Positions 9,966 to 18,603 of a stretch of DNA of 64,000 nucleotides are shown one piece after another. This DNA is from Pseudomonadota bacterium (lineage in GTDB: Bacteria; Bdellovibrionota; UBA1018; CAIMNF01), in assembly GCA_027491115.1 (NCBI GenBank), contig JAIXWV010000016.1, forward strand, positions 10,657-74,656, given 5' to 3'. Position 1 is the first letter of the stretch. The number at the start of each line of letters is the position of its first letter. The notes under the pieces were generated by a model. It worked only from the letters and a program-made list of their open reading frames with translations. It ran no database searches and had not been told where the DNA came from. Made by a program: the position numbers and the translations under genes.

Positions 9966-10132
9966 TCGGGAGTCTAGGGAAAGGGTACCCAAAAGTGTGT
10001 CCCAGTTGACACATTGTGCAGCCCATCTATTCCGCCTAGCATGAAGGTGGGATAAGGGGCGTCTTTATGTGGTGCTGAAAAAGCAATGATCTAAGCGTTC
10101 ATTGATTTTAGCGCCTGAAATGTAGGGGAAAA

Positions 10133-10318
10133 ATGAGATTCGTGAATCTGGCAATGGTGGTAGTCGGTCTTTTTGCAGGAGCTGTTTCGTACGCAGCACA
10201 GGCGATAGAGTGCCCCTGTTGCAATGTGAAGGTTTCGGGTTCGATGAGCGAACATTTGCACAAGTGCAAAGCTTGTAATCCTGGAAAAAGAGAAGTGAAA
10301 AAGCCCGAGAAGCGTTAA
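10133..10318 (+). CDS. small secreted Cys/His-rich peptide
   Basis: Signal peptide (AAQA); CPCC-x9-HLHKCKAC; RBS gggg. Confidence 0.55.
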   Translation: MRFVNLAMVVVGLFAGAVSYAAQAIECPCCNVKVSGSMSEHLHKCKACNPGKREVKKPEKR

Positions 10319-10393
10319 CGGGCTTTAGGTTGAGTTCTTCGGACTGGTCATTGAGAAAAGCGAGCGCGATGCCCGAGCGGTCATTTGGCACAG

Positions 10394-11494
10394 ATGAAGA
10401 TCGTTAATCCCATTTGTCTTCTCCTTGGATTTTTGTTTGTGGCTCTCGGAGAGATCTCTTTTGCTCAAAACAGAAGGGATCTTCTTTCTGTCGAGGTCCT
10501 GGAGTTCAAGGATCTCCGCGACGATTCCCGGTACACCTCACCCAAGCCGGAACGGTTGCGACTCTTCAGAAGAAGAGAGCCCACTCCAACCCCGGATTCG
10601 GGAAGAAGCATTCCGATTAAGGTGCATATTCCAAGCTCTGGCGGCCCGTACCCCCTTGTGGTGATTTCACACGGCGCCGGCGGGAGTTGGGACACGCATT
10701 TCGCTCAAGCAAACTTTCTCGCTTCAAAGGGTTATGTGGTCCTGAGTGTCGAGCATGTCGGGAGCAATACGGATCGTTTGAAATCGACGCTCCGGGTGTT
10801 TAAGAACCTGAAAGACATGATTCACGATTCCCATGAGGTTCTGGGCCGGCCCAAGGACATTCGCTTTGCCATCGACCGGACAGAGCAGTGGAATCGCTCG
10901 CATGAAAGGCTGCGCGGTCGAATGGACTTGAGTCGAGTGGGCGTGATGGGGCACTCCTTCGGTGCCTTCACCGTGATGGCCGTAGGCGGCATGCGTCCCG
11001 CACTCGATTGGATCGAGCCGAAGGTTGAACCGGGCAAGGGCCTCGGTCCGGATCTTTCTGATTCACGAGTGAAGTGCGGAGTGGCGCTTTCACCCCAAGC
11101 CCCGGGCGAGCCTTTTTTCTTATCGGAGAGCTACAAATCGCTTCGAGTTCCCTTACTTGGGATTTCAGGAAAGGAAGATCGCCAACAGGGCGGGGTAGAG
11201 CCAGTTTCTAGACTCGAGTCATTCAAGCTGTGGCCCCAAAATCAGGGTAGGAACGCTTTTGTTTGGCTCTCCAATGCTGCACATCTGGATTTCACCGATT
11301 CCACCGGAGGGGACCAGCAGGGCAGGGAATCAAAAAACCGGGCTGATGTGCAGAAGGTGGTTCGGGTGGCGATTCTGAAGTTCTTCAATCAATGCCTGAA
11401 GTCCGAGACCACGGGTGATCACGAAATCAGTTCCGAGAGTTTGAAGCCCTATCTCGGGGGAGCGGTGAATCGGGTAGAAGTGCTGCGGAAGTAG
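10394..11494 (+). CDS. secreted alpha/beta hydrolase (dienelactone hydrolase/PAF-AH-like)
   Basis: PLVVISHGAGG, GHSFG nucleophile elbow, GKED, HLDFTD. Confidence 0.88.
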   Translation: MKIVNPICLLLGFLFVALGEISFAQNRRDLLSVEVLEFKDLRDDSRYTSPKPERLRLFRRREPTPTPDSGRSIPIKVHIPSSGGPYPLVVISHGAGGSWDTHFAQANFLASKGYVVLSVEHVGSNTDRLKSTLRVFKNLKDMIHDSHEVLGRPKDIRFAIDRTEQWNRSHERLRGRMDLSRVGVMGHSFGAFTVMAVGGMRPALDWIEPKVEPGKGLGPDLSDSRVKCGVALSPQAPGEPFFLSESYKSLRVPLLGISGKEDRQQGGVEPVSRLESFKLWPQNQGRNAFVWLSNAAHLDFTDSTGGDQQGRESKNRADVQKVVRVAILKFFNQCLKSETTGDHEISSESLKPYLGGAVNRVEVLRK

Positions 11495-11515
11495 GAATGG
11501 GTTTTACTGGCTTGG

Positions 11516-12427
11516 TTAGGTCTGCATCGTTCCCGCAAAGACCTGCTTTGCCACCCGATAAGTGTTCGCATAGGCCCGAACGCTGAGCTCAATGGGTTTT
11601 GCGTAGCCTCCACCGAGCGCTAGCGACACAGGAATTCCTGCCCGGCGGGCGTATGAGAGCACGAGCTCATCCCGCTTCATGAGGCCATCGAAGGTGAGGT
11701 GGAGTTTTCCCAGGGTGTCTTCTTTGAGCGGGTCGACCCCCATCTGATAAAAAATATAATCCGGATCAAAGCGCCTGATCTCAATGAGCCCGTCAGAGAG
11801 GTGCTCAAGATATGCCTCATCCTCGGTTCCATCGGGGAGGGCGATGTCGAGATGGGAGGGAACCTTCACAAAAGGATAGTTCTTCTCTCCGTGCATGCTG
11901 AAGATGAAGACTCCCTCATCCTGCCCCAGGATGCTTGAGTTGCCATTTCCCTGGTGGACATCGAGATCGATGATCGCAATTCGCTTCGCCAATCCATCGC
12001 GCTTCATGAGTCTAGTTGCCACCGCAAGGTCGTTGAACACGCAGTACCCTTCGCCACGGTCGGAGTGCGAGTGGTGGGTGCCCCCCGCAAGGTTTCCGGC
12101 GATGCCCTCTTTCAGCGCGTCTTTCATGGCTGCAATGGCACCTCCCACCGAGGCACAGCTTCGATCATAAAGTCCGGGACTCCAGGGAAAGCCCAAGCGC
12201 TTCAGGTTTTGCTCACTGATCGAGCCGGTTCGCATCCCCTCGATGTACTCACCCGTGTGGGCGAGAGCCAGGGTTTCAGGCGGGGTGAGTGGGCTTTCTT
12301 TCAGGTCCGAGGCTTGGATGATGTCCTCGGCGAGGAGAAGATCCCGCAGCATCCGGTACTTCTCGATCGGAAAACGATGACCGGGAGGAAGCGGGAGAGT
12401 GTAGTGATCGGAGTAGTAGACGTTCAT
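11516..12427 (-). CDS. histone deacetylase family (Zn-dependent) protein
   Basis: HRFP, GGTHH, GYCVFND, IIDLDVHQGNG, GVDPL..D.LG, LGGGY. Confidence 0.95.
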   Translation of the reverse strand: MNVYYSDHYTLPLPPGHRFPIEKYRMLRDLLLAEDIIQASDLKESPLTPPETLALAHTGEYIEGMRTGSISEQNLKRLGFPWSPGLYDRSCASVGGAIAAMKDALKEGIAGNLAGGTHHSHSDRGEGYCVFNDLAVATRLMKRDGLAKRIAIIDLDVHQGNGNSSILGQDEGVFIFSMHGEKNYPFVKVPSHLDIALPDGTEDEAYLEHLSDGLIEIRRFDPDYIFYQMGVDPLKEDTLGKLHLTFDGLMKRDELVLSYARRAGIPVSLALGGGYAKPIELSVRAYANTYRVAKQVFAGTMQT

Positions 12428-12533
12428 AGGAATGGTACGTTTTTGTCTGGAGCTGCGGTGAAATCGATAATTTGACGGAAGATATCGGCAAGAAAGGCCA
12501 GAGTCAAACTTCTCGTCGGCGCTTCCTTCAAAA

Positions 12534-12637
12534 TCAGCGAAGGTGTGCCGTTGCAGGTCCTCTTCGGTGTTCCCGTGTGGGGCGCTCAGTTTCTGCGTGA
12601 CGAGCGCCTGCGCCAGTTGTTGCCGTTTCGGAAGTGA
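12534..12637 (+). repeat. direct repeat copy 2 (orphan doxX 3' end including stop codon)
   Basis: About 94% identical to 9862-9965; no doxX 5' part upstream. Confidence 0.95.
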
Positions 12638-12777
12638 CTGTTTTCTTTATTTCGATTTGATCTCGTCCAGAATATCATGAGTCGGTGGCTGTCATGCTTG
12701 GATACACCTTTTCATTCAGGAAAATTTATTCCAGTGAGACATACGACTGCAACTTCAACTGAGGGGACGAGAAAAAA

Positions 12778-13788
12778 ATGATGGCACGGATTCTTCAGGT
12801 TTCTCTATGTGGAATCGTCCTGCTGGGGTTTGGATGCAAGCGCGTGGGGACTCAGTCTGAAGTATCCGATGTCACACCGATCTTCTCGCCAAGCCCTGCG
12901 ATCATGCCGCCGGCGAGCGGGCAGATCGTATTGGATGGTTGCCTCGGGCTTTCCGGGGTGAACGAAAAATGCACCCTCGTGACCAACGCCAGCGCTTGTA
13001 TCTCGTCCAAATGCAGTAAGCTCGTGGTGATTTTTTCGGGTGGTGAGATGGGTTGCATCTCAGGACCCGGCTATACAAGTGCATTGAGCGGGTATGCTTC
13101 GAACGGGTGGGCCGCGGTTTGTATCAACTATTTTGAGTCTTCAGCGGGTTCTGGGGAAGTTCCTTATGTGGATGAAGCCGGTCGACTCGATTATGCGGTA
13201 CAACAGGCAACGAGTGGCGCATGGGCGAATGCGTACTGGACTGGAGAAAAACTTCTGTTGCAAGGGATCAGTCATGGAGCCACGGCACCGATGATCCTGA
13301 TGGCCCGGACCTCGCTTGCCCAACAAGCCCATTGGCAGGGTACGCAGCTCACCGCAGGATGTTTTTTTGATGGAAGCTACAATCAATTGGCTACGGCCAA
13401 TCTTCTTGCGACAGGCGCCTTGGGTGGAGGTCCCTGCATCTCGCCGGTGTCCTATTTCCGGGGATTGGAGCGCTATTGTGGGTCGGGAGCCAACGGCTCC
13501 AACTGTAATCTTGCTTCCAAACCAAAAGCATTGGACGACACCATCACCAACCTGGCAACGGTGAATTTCGCAGTTCGCCACTTCAAGATGTTTGAGTGCG
13601 GAAGTGCGGGTCCTGTGTGTACCAAAGACATCATCCCCGGAGTACCCGTTCAAGACCTTTGTGGTGAAATCGATAGTACCTCGGGCCACTCTTGCAGTTT
13701 TACAGCCTTGCCAAGTGATGGGCATCTCACCTGTCATGGAAACCAATTCGATCAGTGCAGGATCTGGTTTGACAGTATCACCCCATGA
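12778..13788 (+). CDS. Cys-rich lipoprotein with alpha/beta-hydrolase-like motif
   Basis: Lipobox-like LLGFGC; GISHG (GxSxG); C-terminal DGH; many Cys. Confidence 0.7.
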   Translation: MMARILQVSLCGIVLLGFGCKRVGTQSEVSDVTPIFSPSPAIMPPASGQIVLDGCLGLSGVNEKCTLVTNASACISSKCSKLVVIFSGGEMGCISGPGYTSALSGYASNGWAAVCINYFESSAGSGEVPYVDEAGRLDYAVQQATSGAWANAYWTGEKLLLQGISHGATAPMILMARTSLAQQAHWQGTQLTAGCFFDGSYNQLATANLLATGALGGGPCISPVSYFRGLERYCGSGANGSNCNLASKPKALDDTITNLATVNFAVRHFKMFECGSAGPVCTKDIIPGVPVQDLCGEIDSTSGHSCSFTALPSDGHLTCHGNQFDQCRIWFDSITP

Positions 13789-13867
13789 AATTCGTCACAG
13801 ACCGGCGTGACCAATGATAATTTGAAGAGGGGTTCGGCCAAGCGCTCGGGCCCACTTCACGTTCGTC

Positions 13868-14009
13868 TTTTTCTCCTTCCCCGAACCTGTCACGCTCTTT
13901 GCGCAGGTACACCGTTCTCTAAAAAGAATGCACGATGCATGCAGGAGCCCTTCTTTAGAGAACGGTGTACCTGATCATGTTGAATGGAGGGTTCGGGGGA
14001 GGAGAAAAA
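13868..14009. repeat. nested inverted repeat abutting the tRNA 3' end
   Basis: Outer arms 13868-13887/13990-14009 (20 bp, 1 mismatch); inner arms 13904-13923/13954-13973 (20 bp, perfect). Confidence 0.9.
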
Positions 14010-14087
14010 TGGCGGACCCGAAAGGGTTCGAACCTATGACCTCTTGATCCGTAGTCAAGTGCTCTAATCCAACTGAGCTACGGGTCC
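14010..14087 (-). tRNA. tRNA-Arg(ACG)
   Basis: GGACCCG acceptor stem; anticodon arm CTTGA-CT ACG GA-TCAAG; TTCGAAC T-loop; encoded CCA. Confidence 0.97.
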
Positions 14088-14168
14088 GCACTGAGAGAGG
14101 CCCACTATAACTGATGGGCTCTGTTTTATCAATTTGATTTTCAAGGGTTGATTTGAGAACCTCATTGC

Positions 14169-14594
14169 ATGTCATCAAGCAGGAAGGCCGGCCTCGTTGT
14201 TTTGCAACTATCGGTAATGGCTTTGGTTTTCTTGGCTTCCTGTGGACTTAACCCAACCCCCGTGCCTGCGACTACTTGTCGGAGCGGTACAGCTGAGATC
14301 GCTGTATACGACGGGGGGATGCAGCGAATGTGTGGCTGCGCTGAGGGGGGAAGTGGTGTCTTTACTTCCGGACAGGGGTTGGTCTGCACGGTGAGTGCTG
14401 GGACAACCGTGTTCTTTCGCTACCCCGGTATTGCCCTGGATCATCAGATTTCAATCATTGGGCAGATTTCGTTTCAACCGCGTGCGGGCGGGTCGGGCGT
14501 GACGCAGTCGGATGCGTGGACTTTCAACTCGAGTGGGACGTTTACCTTTTCAGATTCTTTCACTAGCATAGGGGGCACGATCATCGTGCTATAA
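14169..14594 (+). CDS. lipoprotein with cupredoxin-like C-terminal fold lacking Cu ligands
   Basis: Lipobox LASC; TVSAGTTVFF...TFNSSGTFTFSD...GGTIIV pattern. Confidence 0.6.
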   Translation: MSSSRKAGLVVLQLSVMALVFLASCGLNPTPVPATTCRSGTAEIAVYDGGMQRMCGCAEGGSGVFTSGQGLVCTVSAGTTVFFRYPGIALDHQISIIGQISFQPRAGGSGVTQSDAWTFNSSGTFTFSDSFTSIGGTIIVL

Positions 14595-14603
14595 GGAGTT
14601 CAT

Positions 14604-14810
14604 ATGAAATTGAATGTAGGTAACTTGGAAAGCTTTTTCAGGATTTTCACCGGCGTCGTTCTGCTTTTTTGCGCGCTTTACGGGTATGTCGGACAGTGGG
14701 GATTTCTCGGAGCTGCGTTGATCGGTACCGGCATGGCGCGCTTCTGTCCGTTGACGACTCTTTTGGGTATCAACACTTATCGTTGCGAAGGCCAGAAAGA
14801 CGCACACTGA
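14604..14810 (+). CDS. DUF2892 (YgaP-like) membrane protein
   Basis: MKLNVG..E...RI, TG..RFCPL..LLGINT; RBS aaggag. Confidence 0.85.
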   Translation: MKLNVGNLESFFRIFTGVVLLFCALYGYVGQWGFLGAALIGTGMARFCPLTTLLGINTYRCEGQKDAH

Positions 14811-14868
14811 TTTTTTTGTTGACCCGGTTTCGGTGTGAAGAGCACTGGAACCGGGCTACAATATTCGA

Positions 14869-15384
14869 ATGTCTTACCCGCGGTTCTCCTTTCAACAATC
14901 TGTGCTCTTCATCGATGACCAAAGCAAATTCGAGAACCTGATCCGAAACGGTCTCCTCGGTCTCAATGCCCAGTACGAATTCTGCCCGAGCCGGGTGAGT
15001 ACGGCTCTGGAGCGACTCGAGGCCGAGACCCCCGATTTGATCGTTTCCACTCTCGAATACAAAGAGGGAACCGTGCTGGATTTTGTCGGAAAACATAAGG
15101 AATTCCTCTCCCAGGTGCCTTCCATCTACCTGACCGAACCCCACACGGTGGACCTCGAGGCCGAGCTGGCCAAGCTGGGTGAGTTCAATGTGATGGAGCG
15201 GAAACGCGACCCGCTCGATTTGATTCGCAAGATGGCCCAGATGATCGCCGAGAGCATCGACAAGCCGAAACCTCGACTCAAGCTGGTGTCCTCCCAGTCC
15301 GAGGAACAAGTCCGGAAACACCGCGATGCGGGTGGGATTGCCCCAGTCAACTGGGCTGAAGAGATCCTGAAGCGAAACTCCTGA
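14869..15384 (+). CDS. atypical response-regulator receiver domain protein
   Basis: VLFIDD, TPDLIVST (no Asp at the acceptor position), PSIYLT. Confidence 0.65.
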   Translation: MSYPRFSFQQSVLFIDDQSKFENLIRNGLLGLNAQYEFCPSRVSTALERLEAETPDLIVSTLEYKEGTVLDFVGKHKEFLSQVPSIYLTEPHTVDLEAELAKLGEFNVMERKRDPLDLIRKMAQMIAESIDKPKPRLKLVSSQSEEQVRKHRDAGGIAPVNWAEEILKRNS

Positions 15385-15467
15385 CGGGTGTAAATTTTTT
15401 GGTCACCCCGGGCGAAGGAGTGGCTGAAAATAGTCTGGAAAATCGCGGTTCTTTTTGAGGCAAGTTC

Positions 15468-15483
15468 TGGCGCGTTCCTTGCT
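15468..15483 (+). promoter_or_regulatory. sigma54 (-24/-12) promoter
   Basis: TGGCGC-gttcc-TTGCT versus consensus TGGCAC-N5-TTGC. Confidence 0.65.
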
Positions 15484-15497
15484 CAGTGTTGCGGCAC

Positions 15498-16322
15498 ATG
15501 AAGTTCTTTTTCCAAGTGTGGGCCAGCCTCATGGGTGGGCTCGCACTCAGCATGACTTTCGCCCAAGCGGCGGTCCCCTCGATTTCCGAGGGACATCCGT
15601 GGGTCCGTGCGATCGAACACGATGATGTCGAGTCCGTGGCCCGGGGGATGCGCTCCGGTGAGATCGGGGCTTTGGTTCGAATTTCGGGCAAGACCCGCGA
15701 ACGCCTGTTTGATCGGGCACTCACCCATGGCTCGAAGCGGGTGTTCTCCCTCATGATCCGGGGCCTGAAGGCCAAGGGAGTGGCTTCCCGCAAATTGTCT
15801 GATGCCAGGGGAACTCCAGCATTGTTGAGTCTTGCCAGTCTTTCTGTGCCGGGATCGCCCCGTTTGGCGGCCTATCAGGAGATGGCGCGGAATTATTTGA
15901 AAACCTTTCCGGGCTCGCTCTATGAGCGGGATCAGGCCTATGTCGGAGACGGACGTCTTCCGATCCACGGGGCCGCTGCAGTAGGAAACCATGCACTGCT
16001 CCGGATCTTTTTGATGGCGGGGGCCGACCCGAACGTGCGGAACGCAACGGGGGAGACGCCCTTGCACCTTTCGGCGCGACACGGACATCTGGAAGTGGTC
16101 CGCGAGCTGATCGAAAGTGGAGCCCGAGTGAACGAACAAACTCGCTACACCCATGCCACGCCACTCATGTATGCCGCAGAGTTAGGCCGAAAGCAGGTCA
16201 TTCGTGCGCTTTTGGCGTCGGGTGCCAAGAAAACCTCGCGAGATGTGTTCGGGAAGACGGCCAAACAGCGCTACCGCGAATTCTCAATGAATTCAGCATC
16301 TCAGCGCGAAATGAGGCAGTGA
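15498..16322 (+). CDS. secreted ankyrin-repeat protein
   Basis: Signal peptide; GADPNVRNATGETPLHLSA, TPLMYAA, GKTA repeats. Confidence 0.9.
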   Translation: MKFFFQVWASLMGGLALSMTFAQAAVPSISEGHPWVRAIEHDDVESVARGMRSGEIGALVRISGKTRERLFDRALTHGSKRVFSLMIRGLKAKGVASRKLSDARGTPALLSLASLSVPGSPRLAAYQEMARNYLKTFPGSLYERDQAYVGDGRLPIHGAAAVGNHALLRIFLMAGADPNVRNATGETPLHLSARHGHLEVVRELIESGARVNEQTRYTHATPLMYAAELGRKQVIRALLASGAKKTSRDVFGKTAKQRYREFSMNSASQREMRQ

Positions 16323-16442
16323 GTCAAAATCATCCCGGCTGATCGGCTCTCATCAGTTCCACTGTTATTTTCTTGGCTTCCCGCTCCGGATCGGTAGAAT
16401 TTTCCCACTTAGGACGTTTCTTATTCGATGAAGGGGGAAACC

Positions 16443-17216
16443 ATGAGAACGATTCTCATTCTGCTATCTGTGATGTTCATTTCTGCCAACGCAACCGCGA
16501 CCCAGGTCACGGTGAATGATTCTGACGCGCTTCAGGCGGCGATAGATGCCCGCAATACTTTTGTCCGCGCCCTGTTGACCCGCGAATTCACCGAGTCCGC
16601 CCACTTGGGTATGGACCTGGCGATGCACGAATTCGCCCGTCAGATCCGCGAAGAGCAAGGTGATCTCGCCCTGTCTCGCGAACTGCTCACAAAGTGGAAC
16701 CGCTCCTCCATGGGGTTTTTCCAAACCTTGAGCCTCGCTCCGACCGACCTCGGAGACCACGATCCGCTGTTCCCTTGGATCAACCAGTTTCTCGGAAAAA
16801 TGTCTTCCAAATATGGAACCATCATCTACACCCTTCCGATCGTGAAGGACATCCTCATGGTCAATTACGCACTCCCTGTGGTGTTCAAGCCCCGCGGTGG
16901 ATGGCAGACCGACGGTCGTGTCGAAGATGTGGACAACCGCATCGAGTACCGCAAACACTTCATTCCCTTCGCCAACTTCGTCACTTACTATGCGGCCCTC
17001 ATCGGTTGCCGTGTGGTGGCGGACCGCCAGGGTGCACCTCAGTTGAAGCGCATGTGCAGCAAGGCGGCCGACAAGCTCCGTTTTGTGATGGGTCGTTACA
17101 TCGCTCCGAAGATCTCCGATTGGATCTTCCGTGCCAGCAACGATCGTTTCTATCTGGGCGAAGAAAGCCTGAGACTCAACACCGTGGAAGAGCTCCGTCG
17201 GGCCATCCAGGAATAA
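16443..17216 (+). CDS. secreted hypothetical protein
   Basis: RBS ggggg; signal peptide (ANATA); 13 nt upstream of the S8 peptidase. Confidence 0.75.
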   Translation: MRTILILLSVMFISANATATQVTVNDSDALQAAIDARNTFVRALLTREFTESAHLGMDLAMHEFARQIREEQGDLALSRELLTKWNRSSMGFFQTLSLAPTDLGDHDPLFPWINQFLGKMSSKYGTIIYTLPIVKDILMVNYALPVVFKPRGGWQTDGRVEDVDNRIEYRKHFIPFANFVTYYAALIGCRVVADRQGAPQLKRMCSKAADKLRFVMGRYIAPKISDWIFRASNDRFYLGEESLRLNTVEELRRAIQE

Positions 17217-17229
17217 ACAGGAGGATCAC

Positions 17230-18603
17230 ATGAAATCCATTCAAACTTTGATTGCAGCCTTCCTCGCACTGTCTCTCGCCAATCCCGCTTCTGCGGTGAC
17301 CATCGCGGTGATCGATTCGGGGACCGACCTCAAGCACAACGAACTCAAGAACAAGAAGTGGTTGAACCCACGCGATATCGATGACGCCGTCGACAATGAC
17401 GACAACGGATATATTGATGACATCAGCGGTTGGAACTTCGCCGAAGGCAACAATAAGCTTATCGACAAGCAGTACTTGGGCACCTTCTCGAAAGACATCT
17501 ACAAGTTCTTCGAGATCCAGACCAAGTTCATGAAAGGGACCGCTTCCCAGGAAGAGATTTCCTGGATGCGTGCCAAGGTTCAAGAACCGGCTTTCCGCTC
17601 CGAACTCGGCGTTTTTGGGAACTTTGTTCACGGGACGCACGTGGCGGGTATCGCCGCGAAGGACTCTGCCGGCGCCAAGATCATGGGTCTCAAGATCATT
17701 CCAACCAAGGCACCGACTATTGGTGGTGGCGGACGGGGTCAAGGCTCCGATCTCGGTTACTTCCAGCCTCAGGCAGGAAGCACCCCGGAGAAGATCCTGA
17801 AGGCCGGTCTGAAGCTTCTGGCTTCCCAGCAGGCAAAGGCGCTTGCTCCGGTTGGGAAGTATGTGGCTGATCAGAAGGCCCGCCTGGCGAACTGCTCGTT
17901 CGGAACTAGCACCCGCGCAGCCAGCGGATTGGTTGCTCCGATCCTGAAGGCGGTTCTCCGTCGTGATCCGACCCCCGAAGAAGTCACCCAGTACGCGGTG
18001 TATTTTGTGAACGAAGTGGTCAGTGCCGCGAAGGTCCTGGTCGCCTCCAAGGGAACTTTCTTTTTGATCGCAGCTGGAAACGACGGAATGGATAACGACG
18101 TTTATCCGACCTCCCCGGCAAACGTGAAGCAAGAGAACACCCTCACCGTGGCGGCCACCCTCGGGTACGACCGTCTGGCCAACTTCTCGAACTTCGGCGC
18201 CAAAATGGTCGATCTAGCAGCTCCGGGAGTGGGGATCCTTTCCACCGTTCCTGGTAATGAGTATGTCGAAGTGAGCGGTACCTCGCAAGCGACTCCGTTC
18301 GTGGCGAATGTGGCCGGTCAGGTGCTCGACACCAACCCTGCCATCACCAATCTGGACCTGAAGAAGATCCTGATGGCCACCGCGGACTTCAAGGATTTCC
18401 TCCGTGGCAAAGTCGCTTCGGGCGGGATCGTCAACCTGAACCGCGCAGTCGCTGCTGCCCGTCTTTCCCGGACCATGCAGCTTGCGGACGCGATTCAATC
18501 TGCACGCGTGCAGGTGAGCGATGTGAACACCCGCCGTTTCGAAAGCTTCGGCGAAGTGAAGCGCGAAGGTTACGTCCTCCCGCTTCCAGGCTTGTTTTAC
18601 TGA
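17230..18603 (+). CDS. S8 (subtilisin-like) serine peptidase
   Basis: IAVIDSG (Asp), HGTHVAG (His), AAGND, SGTSQATP (Ser). Confidence 0.95.
   Translation: MKSIQTLIAAFLALSLANPASAVTIAVIDSGTDLKHNELKNKKWLNPRDIDDAVDNDDNGYIDDISGWNFAEGNNKLIDKQYLGTFSKDIYKFFEIQTKFMKGTASQEEISWMRAKVQEPAFRSELGVFGNFVHGTHVAGIAAKDSAGAKIMGLKIIPTKAPTIGGGGRGQGSDLGYFQPQAGSTPEKILKAGLKLLASQQAKALAPVGKYVADQKARLANCSFGTSTRAASGLVAPILKAVLRRDPTPEEVTQYAVYFVNEVVSAAKVLVASKGTFFLIAAGNDGMDNDVYPTSPANVKQENTLTVAATLGYDRLANFSNFGAKMVDLAAPGVGILSTVPGNEYVEVSGTSQATPFVANVAGQVLDTNPAITNLDLKKILMATADFKDFLRGKVASGGIVNLNRAVAAARLSRTMQLADAIQSARVQVSDVNTRRFESFGEVKREGYVLPLPGLFY

Noticed and set aside
1..14087. tRNA-Arg-anchored integrative island
   Set aside because: No integrase and no duplicated tRNA 3' end found within the window; cannot be excluded beyond it
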